A stretch of DNA of 42,476 bases from Nephila pilipes (lineage: Eukaryota): NCBI GenBank assembly GCA_019974015.1, contig BMAW01101096.1, forward strand, positions 180,200 to 222,675. Direction: 5' to 3'. The notes beneath the pieces are model-generated. The model did no database searches and was not told the origin of the DNA. It saw only the letters and a program-made list of their open reading frames with translations. The position numbers and the translations under genes were made by a program. Of this stretch, positions 12,315-24,461 are shown one piece after another (position 1 is the stretch's first letter; the number at the start of each line of letters is the position of its first letter).

Positions 12315-13791
12315 ACTCGAATTGTGTAGTAAGTACGTAAAAACATGTTATTACACAGCCTTCTGAATGAAAACAGTTGAACGGAATATTTTTTTTCATG
12401 AATTAACTATAAGAAATTAAGAATAAATGAACATTAAAAAATTGAGAATAAGGTATTGATATAAGTTTTTGCTTCAAGTAAATGGTCCCTTCTCAGTTAT
12501 CATAAAATAGCTAGTAAAATTCATTTGGATTAATTATGTAAAGATATAGAAGGAATTACAGATGCCTATAAATGTATATTGATTCACTCATATTTCTGAA
12601 TATATTTCCAGGATTTTCAGTTTGTTTCACGAACAAACAGTTAAGAATTGAGAAAAATAAGAAAAAAAATTCTTGATATGGAAGAAAAAATACTTTTGCA
12701 TTTCTAAATAATAATATTTAGTATTGTCTAGAAGGGGATTCGGAATTTATTCATCATGTGTACGTATGTGTCAATTGGTTTATTGAAATTATAGGGGAGT
12801 CATGAGAAAAAATAATTTTTCAAAAGGAATATTTATTCATTTCTTCATTCAAATAAATTGACGTAATGACATTATATAACATTTCCATTAATTAAATCAC
12901 ACAATTGTCATCACAAAGTACAATAAAAAGTTTCAGTTTGAGAGATTAGAATAAAAACTGCATGATAAATTCGAGATATTAAGTATATTTTTAAATCAGT
13001 TTGCTTAGGTAATAAAAATAATATTATTTTTATATCACTGGCGTTTGGAATTATATATATACATATATATTTGATATCAATTGTTTGAAAACTATAACTG
13101 ATATAATTGCCAAATATAATGTTTTGTTTTGCTTCGAATTAAATAACGCTGAAAAAAAAAATACTCGAAGGAGCGTAATTCTACGAGATTTTCTCCCTAC
13201 TTACTTTCCTTTTCTAATTTTCAATTCTTCAGTTAGTAAAAGATGCCCATTTTCAGGTCGAACACCGCACTTATGGAATTCAGATAAAATTGCTAATATT
13301 GGATTGTGTTTTGAGATAAATGGAAGCAGCAAGTTATAAGAAACGTAACGTAAAAGAGAAGAAAGATTTTAATAATATATTTAGTGTATGTTATAGTTTC
13401 AAAATGTTAAACTTTCTAATTTACTTGAACAACAAATATATTCATATTTTTCTCTTTTCATTATTACAAATTTGAATTATTTTCTCATAACATTAAATGA
13501 ACGTATGAAAAAAAAATATTGATAATTCTTACAGCTTTAGAATGCTAACGTTATACCATGCGCTGCATTATTAACTTGCTGTATGCATCAAAAAATATGT
13601 GGAATTAAATTAGTATAGTGAAATTTGGCGTAGTTTTTATTGCATCGCTATTGAAGTGAACGAAATTAATTATTTGAATTCAGGCAAAATAAATTAATTT
13701 ACTTCCATAAGTGTTTTCCTAAAAGTTCTTATAATATGTGAATGTAATAAATATATTATTTATGCCTTTGACAAATTTTTACAGCATTTTA

Positions 13792-13795
<4 letters not shown>

Positions 13796-13825
<30 letters not shown>
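13796..13825. repeat. poly(T) run of 30
   Basis: direct read. Confidence 0.95.
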
Positions 13826-13826
<1 letters not shown>

Positions 13827-14684
13827 TTATTTTATTGAATGTAAGAAAATCGCCATAATTTCAATTAAAAGTTGAGAAAACCCAGGTACAATCTGTTTCA
13901 CAAATCACATTTTAATCCCATTTCATAATTGCGTTATAATACAGGAATTTTATTTAAATCATAATTTATATTTGATTATAGCTTAATGATTGTAGCTTTA
14001 AGCTCAAATGTTACAAACTATCTCAAAATTTATGACTGGTTACTGAATTTATATAGAGCTGAATATCTGTACAATAAAGACTGAGTTACTCCTGGTTATT
14101 TTTCAATTCAGATTGGAATGAATAAGTGAGGAGCGAAATGTCAGGCATTGAATTGTAAGACTCCATTAAAGTTACTGTATAAAATGTACCACTAATTTCA
14201 TCATCTTTATATTATAAAAGTATATACACTATTCATATTAAGTAAACATACTATTTTAACATATTTATTCATAAAAATCTAAATTCTTACTTCCTAAAAT
14301 TCAGAAATTTGATTTTACGAAGAAGGTCCTTTCTTGGTGTCACTCCTAAAAAAGTTTCAAACTGGAACTTAAGTATAGGAGAGATATTTTAGGTTATATA
14401 TATCTTTGTTTCTCCTAGGTAACTCCTTATTGACTCGTTCATATTCGAAACAACTCTCGTAATTTTTACTTATTTTACAAAATGTGAACTGCCAAAAAAT
14501 TTTCAAAAATTCTTTTAGTGAGATAAATATCAATACAATATGATATTTTAGTATGAAATATACTTTGAATCAAATCATATACAATTAAAACAAAGCATTT
14601 AAAGCTGATTGTAACTACATGTACTGTAAAATGATACCAAAAGAGATTGATTGTGTTATTAACGTTGCCCTTAGAAAGAACGTG

Positions 14685-14780
14685 AGGACCATTAAAGATG
14701 GACCTCGCAATTTTGAGCCATGGTCAAGTGATGAGGAGGACGCTTGAGCTCGTACCATATTCTCCTAACTACAACACCTC
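14685..14780 (-). mobile_element. SINE fragment (tail plus diverged core) of the same family, in minus orientation
   Basis: Plus-strand GATGGACCTCGCAATTTTGAGCCATGGTCAAGTGATGAGGAGGAC matches the plus-strand tail of minus-orientation copy D at 19765-19830 (GATGGACCTCGTAATTTTGTATCTCGGTCAAATGACGAGGACGAC). Confidence 0.45.
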
Positions 14781-14877
14781 TTAACAAAAGGATAAAACAA
14801 TCCCAAGACAGCAAAATTTGCAGCACCGTTCAAGCCAAGTCTTTGTTTCACAAAAGATCTACGATGCTGAATAAGGA

Positions 14878-15020
14878 GGCTGTTGCATGTGAAATTGAAC
14901 TAGATCCCAAAGTCGCCACGTAGTGTGGTGTGGAAGTTAGGAGAGAGAGTCTCTAATATCCAGGTGTCGTTTTTCTCATTTGACCTAGGTTACAATTAGG
15001 AAATGAGTTGAGAATAGCCT
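14878..15020 (+). mobile_element. SINE fragment (core plus tail, no tRNA head) in plus orientation. It lies about 100 bp from the minus-orientation fragment, so the two form an inverted pair.
   Basis: GTAGTGTGGTGTGGAAGTTAGGAGAGAGAGTCTC...CATTTGACCTAGGTTACAATTAGGAAATGAG matches the core and tail of copies A and B. Confidence 0.5.
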
Positions 15021-17230
15021 TTATGTTGCTATGGAGTTGTTTAAAATCTCCCTCTCCCAAAATATAAAAAAACGAAAAAAACCATCACAAGATTCTTAAA
15101 ATAAACATGCATTAAAAACTGAAGAAATTGCTATAAAAATTAAGTAAATTAAGTGCAGTGAATTAAACCTGTATATAATTTTTGCCCTGTTGGATATACT
15201 TTATATTTTTCAAACTTTAAACGTGTCACAACCTTTCAATGTTTTCCACAGTATTTATTTCAAGTCTATGAAATATTTAATCTAAGATTTTACCTGAAAG
15301 TTTTTCTGTTATTTTCATGTGCTCCTTTTTTCAAAAAAGAATATCATTAAATGTTGATGAATCGTAATAGAAAACAATTTTTATATCCAAAAATAATTAT
15401 TGTCTTAAAAATTGTCACGTCAAAGCAAAAGTATACAAAAACGATCTCCTGCAACAAGAATGACTTGTAGCGCCATCTCTGGAGTAGTAGTGGTAATAAA
15501 AGTTAACAAAACTTACCGAAAACCAAGAAAATCGATGTTTGAACCAATCATAACACATAAAAATTTATGACATCTGTATTTTAGTATTTCTTGAAAATTG
15601 GAAGTTAAATTATGAGCGGAAATAATGAAAGATCCTGAAAATGAAAGCTTTCTTTTCCTCAAGTTATTAAAGGTATATTTTTGAAAGTTCTGAAATGCTT
15701 AATAAAGAATTTTAAAAAGTAAACATAAATCCACACTTCCACACAAAATGTCAAGAACAGAGATTCTAAAAGCATATAATCTCTTCAAAATCCTTTACGT
15801 TACTTTAAAATATAAATTAGATAATTTTAAAGTAAATTAAAACAATTTAATGACAATAATAAAAATGTATTTGAAAAATAACTAATTTTTGAAAGATGAT
15901 ATCAAATCATTCACACTTAAAATATTTTGGAATGACAATTTATCAATCTGTTTATGTTGTTGTTCCAGACTGATGAAGAATGAATTGAATTTTACGTAAG
16001 AAATTTTTTAAGAAGGGTGGGGGATAGTGAAATTTTCACTCAGGCACACGTTTTTATTATTTTGATTTGAAAAATTCATTACACATATAAATCAAACTTA
16101 AATAATAAGATTAATCTTTATGAAAGTCTTCTATACAGTTCTTTTGCGAGAAATAGAAGATACGTCTAAGAAATATAAGCAATAAAACTGTCATTTCTTA
16201 AAATTCTTGTTATGTCTTATAATACCACAGATCAAAATACGAATTTCTTGTTTCAATTCATACAAGTAGAAAAGTATATTTTTCTAATCTAACTTATCCG
16301 GTTGTGAAATGAAGTCGATTTTTGAGAAGAAAATTCACTTTTTGAACATCTATATCGCATAAAACTTTAGACTGAGACATAACAAAATGAACTTGCAATA
16401 GACTTCACGGTGTTTTAAGGTTGGAATGAGGTGTACAAATATAGTCATTGAGCAACTAAAACGAAAATTTAATAAAACTTTCGAGCAATCTAAAGTTGTT
16501 TCTAATGATATTTATCCTTTTTGCTACTTTAGTTTATACCATTTTTAGGATTTCTTGCGTTTTACAGTAAATTATAAGAAGGGTTTACGTTTTAATATTT
16601 ACTAGGTTATGGTTATCTATTTAAGTTAAAATATATTAATTTTGAACGTAACACCTCTCCATTTCTATCTTTGTGTGTGCTCGCGCGTGAGTTTGAAATT
16701 GAACAAATAAATGGCAGTCGTTCGTTCAGTTTTTATTGATGCAAGTAAATTATTTCATCATGGTACTTAATAATACATACTTAGGTAATGTTTGAAACAA
16801 TTGATTGTTTGAGATATTGTTCAACCCTGACGAGAAAGGACAGCGCGCCGAGTTCAGCGTTTTACGCAGAAAACATCATTTGAAGAAAAGAGATAGCTAA
16901 TAACCGAAAGCTTTCGTAGTTAAGAAAGAGGATTTTTTCCTAATTTTCATTAACTCAGTGTTTAACCGAGGAAGCTAATAGGTAAACAAAGACTTTTGTG
17001 TTTCTTAAGTTAACGTTAAAGTAATTTTGTGCTTAAAAAGTGGTATTAAAATTATAAATTTTTAAAAAGGAGAGAATAAATTGGATTTATCTTAAGATTT
17101 CTCCCCTCCGGATGATTCGTACAACTTTTCCACGGTTATTGATGATTCAATGAAGACGGAAAACTCATTATATATTTTCAAAATTTTGATTAATTTTCTT
17201 CGGCAGTTGGTCCTAGTATTGAGTACACAT

Positions 17231-17390
17231 TACAATAAATTTTAACATAAAGAGTACAAGAATGAATAAAATATTCTAAACAAAAGCACTTATTGCGAGT
17301 TACAAATATAATAAATTTTAACATACAGTGTACTAGAATGAATAAATATTCTAAACAAAAGCACTTACTGCGAGTTACAAATATAATTTA
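17231..17390. repeat. Tandem duplication of a unit of about 75 bp (TACAA(A)TATAATAAATTTTAACATA.AG.GTAC.AGAATGAATAAA.TATTCTAAACAAAAGCACTTA.TGCGAGT), 2.2 copies
   Basis: Direct read; the units are about 93% identical. Confidence 0.8.
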
Positions 17391-19751
17391 GTAGTATGAA
17401 CAAAATTAGTTGTTCTATGCTTAACAAATTAACATTTCTTAGGCTTTGTTTGTTTTAATTTAACATTATATCGATGGTTTTGAATGTAAATAGATTTCAC
17501 ATATACATAAATGTTTCTGTGGTATTGTTTTTGTAATGAAAGTTTTACATAATAATATTCATATATTCACACATTTTGTCAAAGAATATAAAATACATTA
17601 AGATTAGGTACACAAAATATGCTAGGTTTAATACACAATAAATGATCGTTTAGGTTTTTTTATAAACTTCTGTAGTATTTAAATGAAGTCCTGTTTCTTA
17701 TATAAGCTAACAATAATGAAAATGCAATGGTGCTTGAACTACGTTTAAATTGAAAAACAGCGGGGAATTGCACTACATAAAAATTGATATATTGCACATC
17801 GGTTGTGGTTTTTGCAAAGATGTAGTGATATATGGTTGTTGTGTTAACAGTTGTATTTTTTACTTCATTTTTAGTATTTTTACTTTCTCTGATGTTATTG
17901 ACATCCCCATCGTCACACTTTTTCATTATAGTTATACCTTCGTTTAAATTGGAGTTTTTATTAAACTCATGTCACAATATTGTTTTACACTTTGAAAAAT
18001 TTCTCATTATTTTGAAATATGGGCTTATTTATGTAGTATAATAATAAGAAGTTCATTCTGCATTTCTTTAAACCTATCAAAGAGTGTGATAAATCAGTCT
18101 TGATAACATACATCTTGACAATTCTATATATTTCACCTATCTTTAAATTTTAATGACAAATTCTACTTGACTGAGTCTCGTCCCTTCACTTTATCTTTTA
18201 AGTAAGCTTTCGCTAGTGGTTTGAATGAATCTTGAGTCGATGTGTGTGTTGAGAGTTATTTTACTGAATTCAGAGGTATTATCGATATTGTTAACCCTTT
18301 ATCGTAAACACCTGGTGATTTAGGAAAATATCTCAATTGGTTTTCATAAGAATTTAATGATTTTTCTGATTGTTTGTATCCTGATAATTAGGAATACTCA
18401 TATGTTGAAATTACCATTAATTTTCGGGTCGTATTCTGATTTTCTATATTTCTTGGATTGGAAACTCCTTGGATTTTTGTTTCGTTTCTTAACCTACAAG
18501 TTTGAATCCAATGATATGCATTCATAAATCCTTGTCTTTCACACAATTTGCAATGTTCAGGTGGAAAAATACTTTGTATTGTGTTTCATTTTGTAAGTGA
18601 GAAATTCTTAGCCTTGCCTTATATTTACCATCAAAATTTTGAATCGGCAAGTCTCTAAGTTATGTGGGAAATAAAAGGATTTGAATGATTCTAATGGGTT
18701 CTTGACTTAAACCAGGTTGATCATGTGGAGGCATTTAAAGTTGCGAATACCACGCCTTCATATCAAGCCCTAATTGAACAACACGAATTTATTTCTATAT
18801 CAAATATAAGTAAAAAAAATTTTAATCAAACCTTTATTTAAAATTGGATATTTTACATCTTAAAAATATTTTTTTAAGATGTAAAATAAAGTATAATTTA
18901 TAAAAGCTTGAGGTGCTTAACCAAAATACTTAGGTAATTACCAATAGATAAGTACCCCCATTGCTATTTATTTACATATAAGGTAAAAAAAAGTACTAAC
19001 GCATCCAAACTATTATAAAGTATAAATCATTTTACTTTTAAAAAAAATGTATGCCTTTTAGTTCATCTTTAAGTAAAAGCTTGATTAAAAATTTCTTTTT
19101 TACTTATATTTATTTCTTTTTAGGCTGTAAATTTAAAACAAAGATACAGTTACTCGAGTTATACGTGTATGTTAAATTTAAACTCAATTGGACGCTGTTT
19201 AGTGCAATCCCCCCTCCTCCTCGCATCACTTCTTAAGCACATCATAATATTGTATTGTCATCGGAATTATACGCGCATGCAAAACTTCATAGGAAGTAGG
19301 TTGAAATAATTGTATAAATTTTGAACTAAAGAGATATATATATTTTACATACATGCATACATTTGAACATAAAAAGTTACATAAAAACTTGTAAAAACAG
19401 CGGCTTGTAAAGGAAACCTTCTACTGCAAGCAACAGAACTGTTATGAACCTCCCGAAGATCATTTCCTCTGGATCAAAATGAATATTTAATAAATGTCGC
19501 TGAAACAAAAAGTTGTAACTAATTCGAGAATTGGAGAGAAGAGCTATACGATAGTAATTGCAAAAACGAAGTGTTCTGCGACCAAATGTTGTAGTAAAAA
19601 CAAGGAATTCTTGTGCAATTCAAAGTATCATAATCATTTAAACGAGCTAGTGATGGTGGACCCTAATGGCGCAAGAGCCGCATATGGCTATCCTGCGTCC
19701 AAAAAAGTGTAGTTTAGTTTTTGTTAACGTCGCACTAGAAGCAACACGAGG

Positions 19752-19986
19752 GCTATTGGCGATGGACCTCGTAATTTTGTATCTCGGTCAAATGACGAGG
19801 ACGACACCTGAGCCCCCTCTCCTAACTTTCACACCACGCCAAAGGGCGAACTTTGGGCCCCTGCATATTTAACGTGCATCAACCCCGGCTACACGGTGGG
19901 TCTTTAGCGGCCAAGGATCGAACCCGCGACTGAACGAAAACCACCGACCTCGAATCCAAAATCATGAACACTAGGTTACCGCGGCC
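19752..19986 (-). mobile_element. Full-length tRNA-derived SINE copy D in minus orientation. Its reverse complement reads GCCGCGGTAACCTAGTG...GCGGGTTCGATCC...GGCGTGGTGTGAAAGTTAGGAGAGGG...CATTTGACCGAGATACAAAATTACGAGGTCCATCGCCAATAGCC.
   Basis: The A-box and B-box-like head, the conserved core and the tail are all present. The track ORFs 19494..19712 and 19666..19872 lie inside it and are spurious. Confidence 0.65.
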
Positions 19987-20039
19987 ACTCCAAAAAGGTT
20001 TAATTGTGATCTAGATATTTCAAAAACGGAAAAAATTGG

Positions 20040-20115
20040 TTGTCAAGAAGGAGGTTCGGGAAAAAGAAAGATCGCTAGCGTATCCCTGGGGCACATCTTA
20101 ATTGTCTACCATTGA
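20040..20115 (+). repeat. Short dispersed repeat (GAAAAAATTGGTTGTCAAGAAGGAGGTTCGGGAAAAAGAAAGATCGCTAGCGTATCCCTGGGGCA), copy 1
   Basis: About 75% identical to 34590-34670 over roughly 75 bp. It is immediately 3' of SINE D. Confidence 0.4.
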
Positions 20116-22530
20116 CAGTAAATCTCATGAGAAAGGGGGGGAAACACTAGGTTGCCTCGGTGTTATGATTCCCCTACCTACCCAAAAAAATATAAGCCCC
20201 TGCAGGCCATAATAATTTAAGTTGTTGAAATCATTAACTGTATAATGTTAATCGCATAAAATATGCGTAAGTTTATTATTGGTGTTTTTATTTATTTTTT
20301 ATTTAGAACGTACTGTTCATTTTAGGCTCAATGGTTTTGTTACATGTTCTGTTACTTAAGGTTTTTCCATTTTTTACATATATCATATGTTTTAATAACA
20401 AAGTTTGTTTTAAAAAATTGCATTTTTGTCTTAACGCAGCATAAATATTTTGATTCAAAATTCCCCAACAGTGCGCGCTAAATGTCTATATTTACCGGTG
20501 TAAGTGAAAATAATGTTGCTCAGCTATTATTTCAGACATATGTCAAACGATTAAGTGAATGAAAACATTGACAGAGACTGTCAATATTTGTCAGATATCG
20601 GTCGCTCACAGTATTATATACTGGTATATACATATATATATATAAATTCATAACACTACTTTTGTTCTTTAACAATTGAGGTTTTAGACATGTTTTACTC
20701 TTTCTTCAGTAGTGGTACAATAAGGAAACTTTAAATGCTTGAAATTATGAATTTATTAATATTACACGAGAGAAGAAACAGGTACATCGGAATAGCGGCG
20801 AACGCAACGGAATACATGTTCACCCGCCTCAGTAGTTAGGACAGAAGAGAAATTTTTCCCCTAAGGGAAGTTGCGGCGGGATTATTCAGATCACGCGGTC
20901 ATAGATGAGGGGATCTTGAGGTATTTTATACGAAGACTAAATGTCTAATAGGGATTATCCCTAAAGAAGACACACCTCGTGAGACATTGGGAATTTTCTC
21001 GAAAATTGGAAATTCCCGTTCTAATCAGATTTCAAGAGAGCGTGATTACATAAATTAAAAGATTTAATGGAATGGTATCAGGAAATGAAGATGAACTCCT
21101 TACTATGTTAGTTAAAGTATAGGATAAAATAAGAAATTCAATTAAATTTAAGTGAAATCATTATATATATGGGTAATTTATTTTGAAAGAGGTACAAGTC
21201 ACTTTTTTTGCTGTTTCGAGAAAATTAAAGTTAGCATATAAGCCAATTTAAATGTATAAATTAATAATGTCAAATCTGGTAATGTTTCCACCAATTTATT
21301 AATATATAATTTGATTATAACAATTTCTTTTAGGCGAATTTAACTAAAATAATATATATTTACGGGCTGTAAATTGATGCCATTTTCATAATTAGCCAAT
21401 TGTAAAAATTATTTAATTTCAATTATGAAAAATTAAATATCACTTAAAATATATTTTGCATTCATCCAATTATGAATTTACAATAATAATAACAAGAAAC
21501 ATAATAGAAGTAGTACTTCTTATCATTGTTTTGAAATATTCATGATCCACAAGGAGATACATAAGATAATAACTGTTCCATATTCTTATATATTTCGTAT
21601 GTAATAGGCCTGACATCATTATACAAAGGTACTAAAGCAATTCAGTCAAATTTTTGCAGTCCTTTCTGACATGTATGTGATAAACCTTACATCTCAAATT
21701 CTGTATCCTCCATAGATGTTTTATACAAAATAATATATGGTACACTTTAGCAGAACCTTATCCAACATATTTTCAGCCAGTTTACATTTTCTCCGTTATC
21801 GTTCTTACCCGTTATTGAATTTGGGTTCTATAGATTTTTGTTGATACGAAATTCTTGTTGCATTTCGTGTAAAATAATTTTTTTTTTCTACATTGTTTTA
21901 TAACATTATAATTCTGCGTTTTGTGCAAGAAATTATTTTTTCGTAATGCTATTTCTAAAATGACAAAATGTGCATCTTTTGCAAGATATGAATGCCCAGA
22001 TAGTAAAAATTACGATCAATTACTTTGATTTTATTTTCCAAACATTTGACGACTATCAACCACATCAATGCCTTTGTAAATTTTGATTATGCCCAGAATA
22101 CATATCACTGCATGCAATGGCATGGCTTTGAGCCGTTACATTTTGTAAATGTCTCAGATAGCAAGAAGATATTTAATGCAATCCCGTGGAAGCAGTAGTT
22201 TCGTCCATACAAACGTATTGATAATTTTGAATAGGGTAATGTTTCTCGTGAGTCAAAGAAAAGGCTAAGTATTCATTGGGATTTTTTTAAATCATAACTT
22301 TTTTTTATCTTCTTGTAACGCTTTCCTTGCTAATTGGAAACATCTTGGCTTCGTAATAGGACCGCTTTATCTTCATCATTATTTTCTGTCTGAATTTTCA
22401 TGTTGAATAAATAGCACCTTGCACAAGTATCTTTATGTAGCAGATGGAAATGTAACTTGAAATTTCGTTTAAAAATTTTCCTGCATGTCCATTCATATAC
22501 GTATTAACTGAACTTAAGCTATTTACTTAC

Positions 22531-22756
22531 ATTTTTCTAAGTGCAAATTAAACATTTTTCTCATGCTTAATTCAGTATACCAAAACATTCGTTCTAGATT
22601 TTGAGATTGATTATAATGACTTTCAAATTCCGAAAAAATTTTATGTGTTCTATCACTGTATTTGTCACTGGTTCTGCTTGAGCCATCCATTTGACCACGC
22701 ATGTCTTTCGGAATATCATGCGCTTTTATGACACGATCAATTCGTCTAGTAGATAT
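22531..22756 (-). CDS. Candidate coding exon of 226 nt (ISTRRIDRVIKAHDIPKDMRGQMDGSSRTSDKYSDRTHKIFSEFESHYNQSQNLERMFWYTELSMRKMFNLHLEK), bounded by a TTTTAAG| acceptor and a |GTAAGT donor
   Basis: An open frame of 75 codons sits between a pyrimidine-tract-plus-AG acceptor and a consensus GTAAGT donor. It has no recognisable domain. It could be a downstream exon of the WD40 gene or of another gene. Confidence 0.25.
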
Positions 22757-23945
22757 CTTAAAAGTGTTAATGAAAAACTCCTAACAAACTAAAATGTTTC
22801 CACGAGAAATGACCAAGTAAAATGTATAAGCATAAGCCATCAAAGTGCTCAAATAATTTCTAGGCATTCTGTTTACAAATTCACGATGAACATAACAATA
22901 GAGAAATACATTTGCTTATTAAAACCACCTATATTGCATAGCGAAAATTGTTTCGCATTCTGCTTCATTAACTCGAACAGTAATTTTTAGATTCAAATTA
23001 TTTTGTTATAATAAATTTACCTTTTTTTGTATAATACTCTTGTCTAGTATTTCGCTAAATTTTGCTTATTCGTTGTGTATATTTTCCTTTATTATCTTTT
23101 ACATAATCGAAGTTTTCATTAGCAAAATCTTCATCTGATGAAGATTTTACCTCTGTAATTCTTCTTCTCTTTTCATGTTTCAATGACTACGCATCTTTTT
23201 TAGAGAGACTGTCTTCATGTCCCAAATCTAAGATTCTTCTTTTATTTATAATTATGAGGTTTTATTACTGAGTGAATTTGCTTATAATTAAGTAAAATAA
23301 ATATTTTCAATTGTTATAAAATATTATTAATTTATTATTTTTTTCTTACCCATATCACTATATGATATTTATATGAAACTATTTTTGGAAGAAAAAATAA
23401 GTAAGGTTACCTTCGAAAACGTTAAATATACGTCTTTTTCAACCAAAACAAACTTTGTACAAATATATAGTTACATAAGCAGCGAAATAAAAAAAAAAGA
23501 CGTTAATTTTTATAAAGAACGGAAATATTAATTTACTAAACCTTTTCTTTAACGTTCATTTCTGTGGTAACTGATAAGAAATAAATACATTTTACAGTTT
23601 TAGCTTTCTAATAAGAAGAACGCAGATTACAATTATGTTACACAGATGATGATGAAGAATGAAGATGGACTTACACCATTTTCATAATCAATTGCAATGA
23701 AATTTCTTTCATTAGCCAATTCTAATTAAAAAGTATGTGATCTCATTTTTTAAATGGATTTAAACCGACTTCAAAACAAACGACACACACATACATAAAT
23801 TTCAACGTATTAAAATGCTCTGCATTCATAATTTTATTTGTTTGTAACGTGATTTGATTATTTAAATTACAATTATGAATATCCAAACTATTATAACGAA
23901 AAACTCAATAAATTTCTCTTAAAAAATTATTTTGTTCAACAAATT

Positions 23946-23949
23946 GTTT

Positions 23950-24001
<52 letters not shown>

Positions 24002-24020
24002 TATATATATATATATATAT
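23946..24020. repeat. (TA)n microsatellite of about 37 units with one interruption
   Basis: direct read. Confidence 0.95.
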
Positions 24021-24320
24021 AAAATACAGGTGTTATTATAATAGTAAAGTTAATATGTTCTTTGTATAAATGCTTACAATGAGTAAAAGTAAATTTCTAT
24101 TTTAATTTACTTGAAATGATTCAAAAATGAAAATCGATAACATTAAGATGGACGCAAAAGCTATATATTTTTTATTTTCATTATACAACAATGTAAAAGC
24201 AATATATTGAAATCAAGAAAAGCGACATTCATTAAGAATATAGTTAGTATATAAATATATTAATGAAAAATACAGGTCTTAGGTATAATTTTTTACAACA
24301 ATTTATTAACAACAAATAAT

Positions 24321-24461
24321 TTTAAGATACTTTATTATCATGAAAGTGAAGAAACTGGACAGCTCCCGATGAGGTACCAATTATCAACATGTAAGAAGAA
24401 AGGGATTTCTTAAGTTTTATTTCACGTCCAACAATACCAGTAATAGGAACTGAAGAATGAA
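24321..24461 (-). CDS. Candidate exon of 141 nt in phase 0 (VCQFHSSVPITGIVGREIKLKKSLSSYMLIIGTSSGAVQFLHFHDNK) of the minus-strand WD40-repeat gene
   Basis: Acceptor TTTTGTTTATAG| and donor |GTATCT, with no stops and a phase compatible with the upstream exon ending at 26097. Confidence 0.4.

Noticed and set aside
17660-18041. Cluster of three overlapping track ORFs (17660..17926-, 17750..17947+, 17832..18041+)
   Set aside because: They are low-complexity AT-rich frames on both strands with no splice context or motif, and are typical chance ORFs in 30%-GC DNA.
18480-18700. Cys/His-rich minus-strand frame (..CKLCERQGFMNAYHWIQTC..) as an integrase or transposase zinc finger
   Set aside because: The spacing does not fit the HHCC integrase or the CCHC patterns, and there is no supporting flanking domain.
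19494-19872. Plus-strand ORFs 19494..19712 and 19666..19872
   Set aside because: They fall inside or overlap SINE copy D and its flank and have no coding features.
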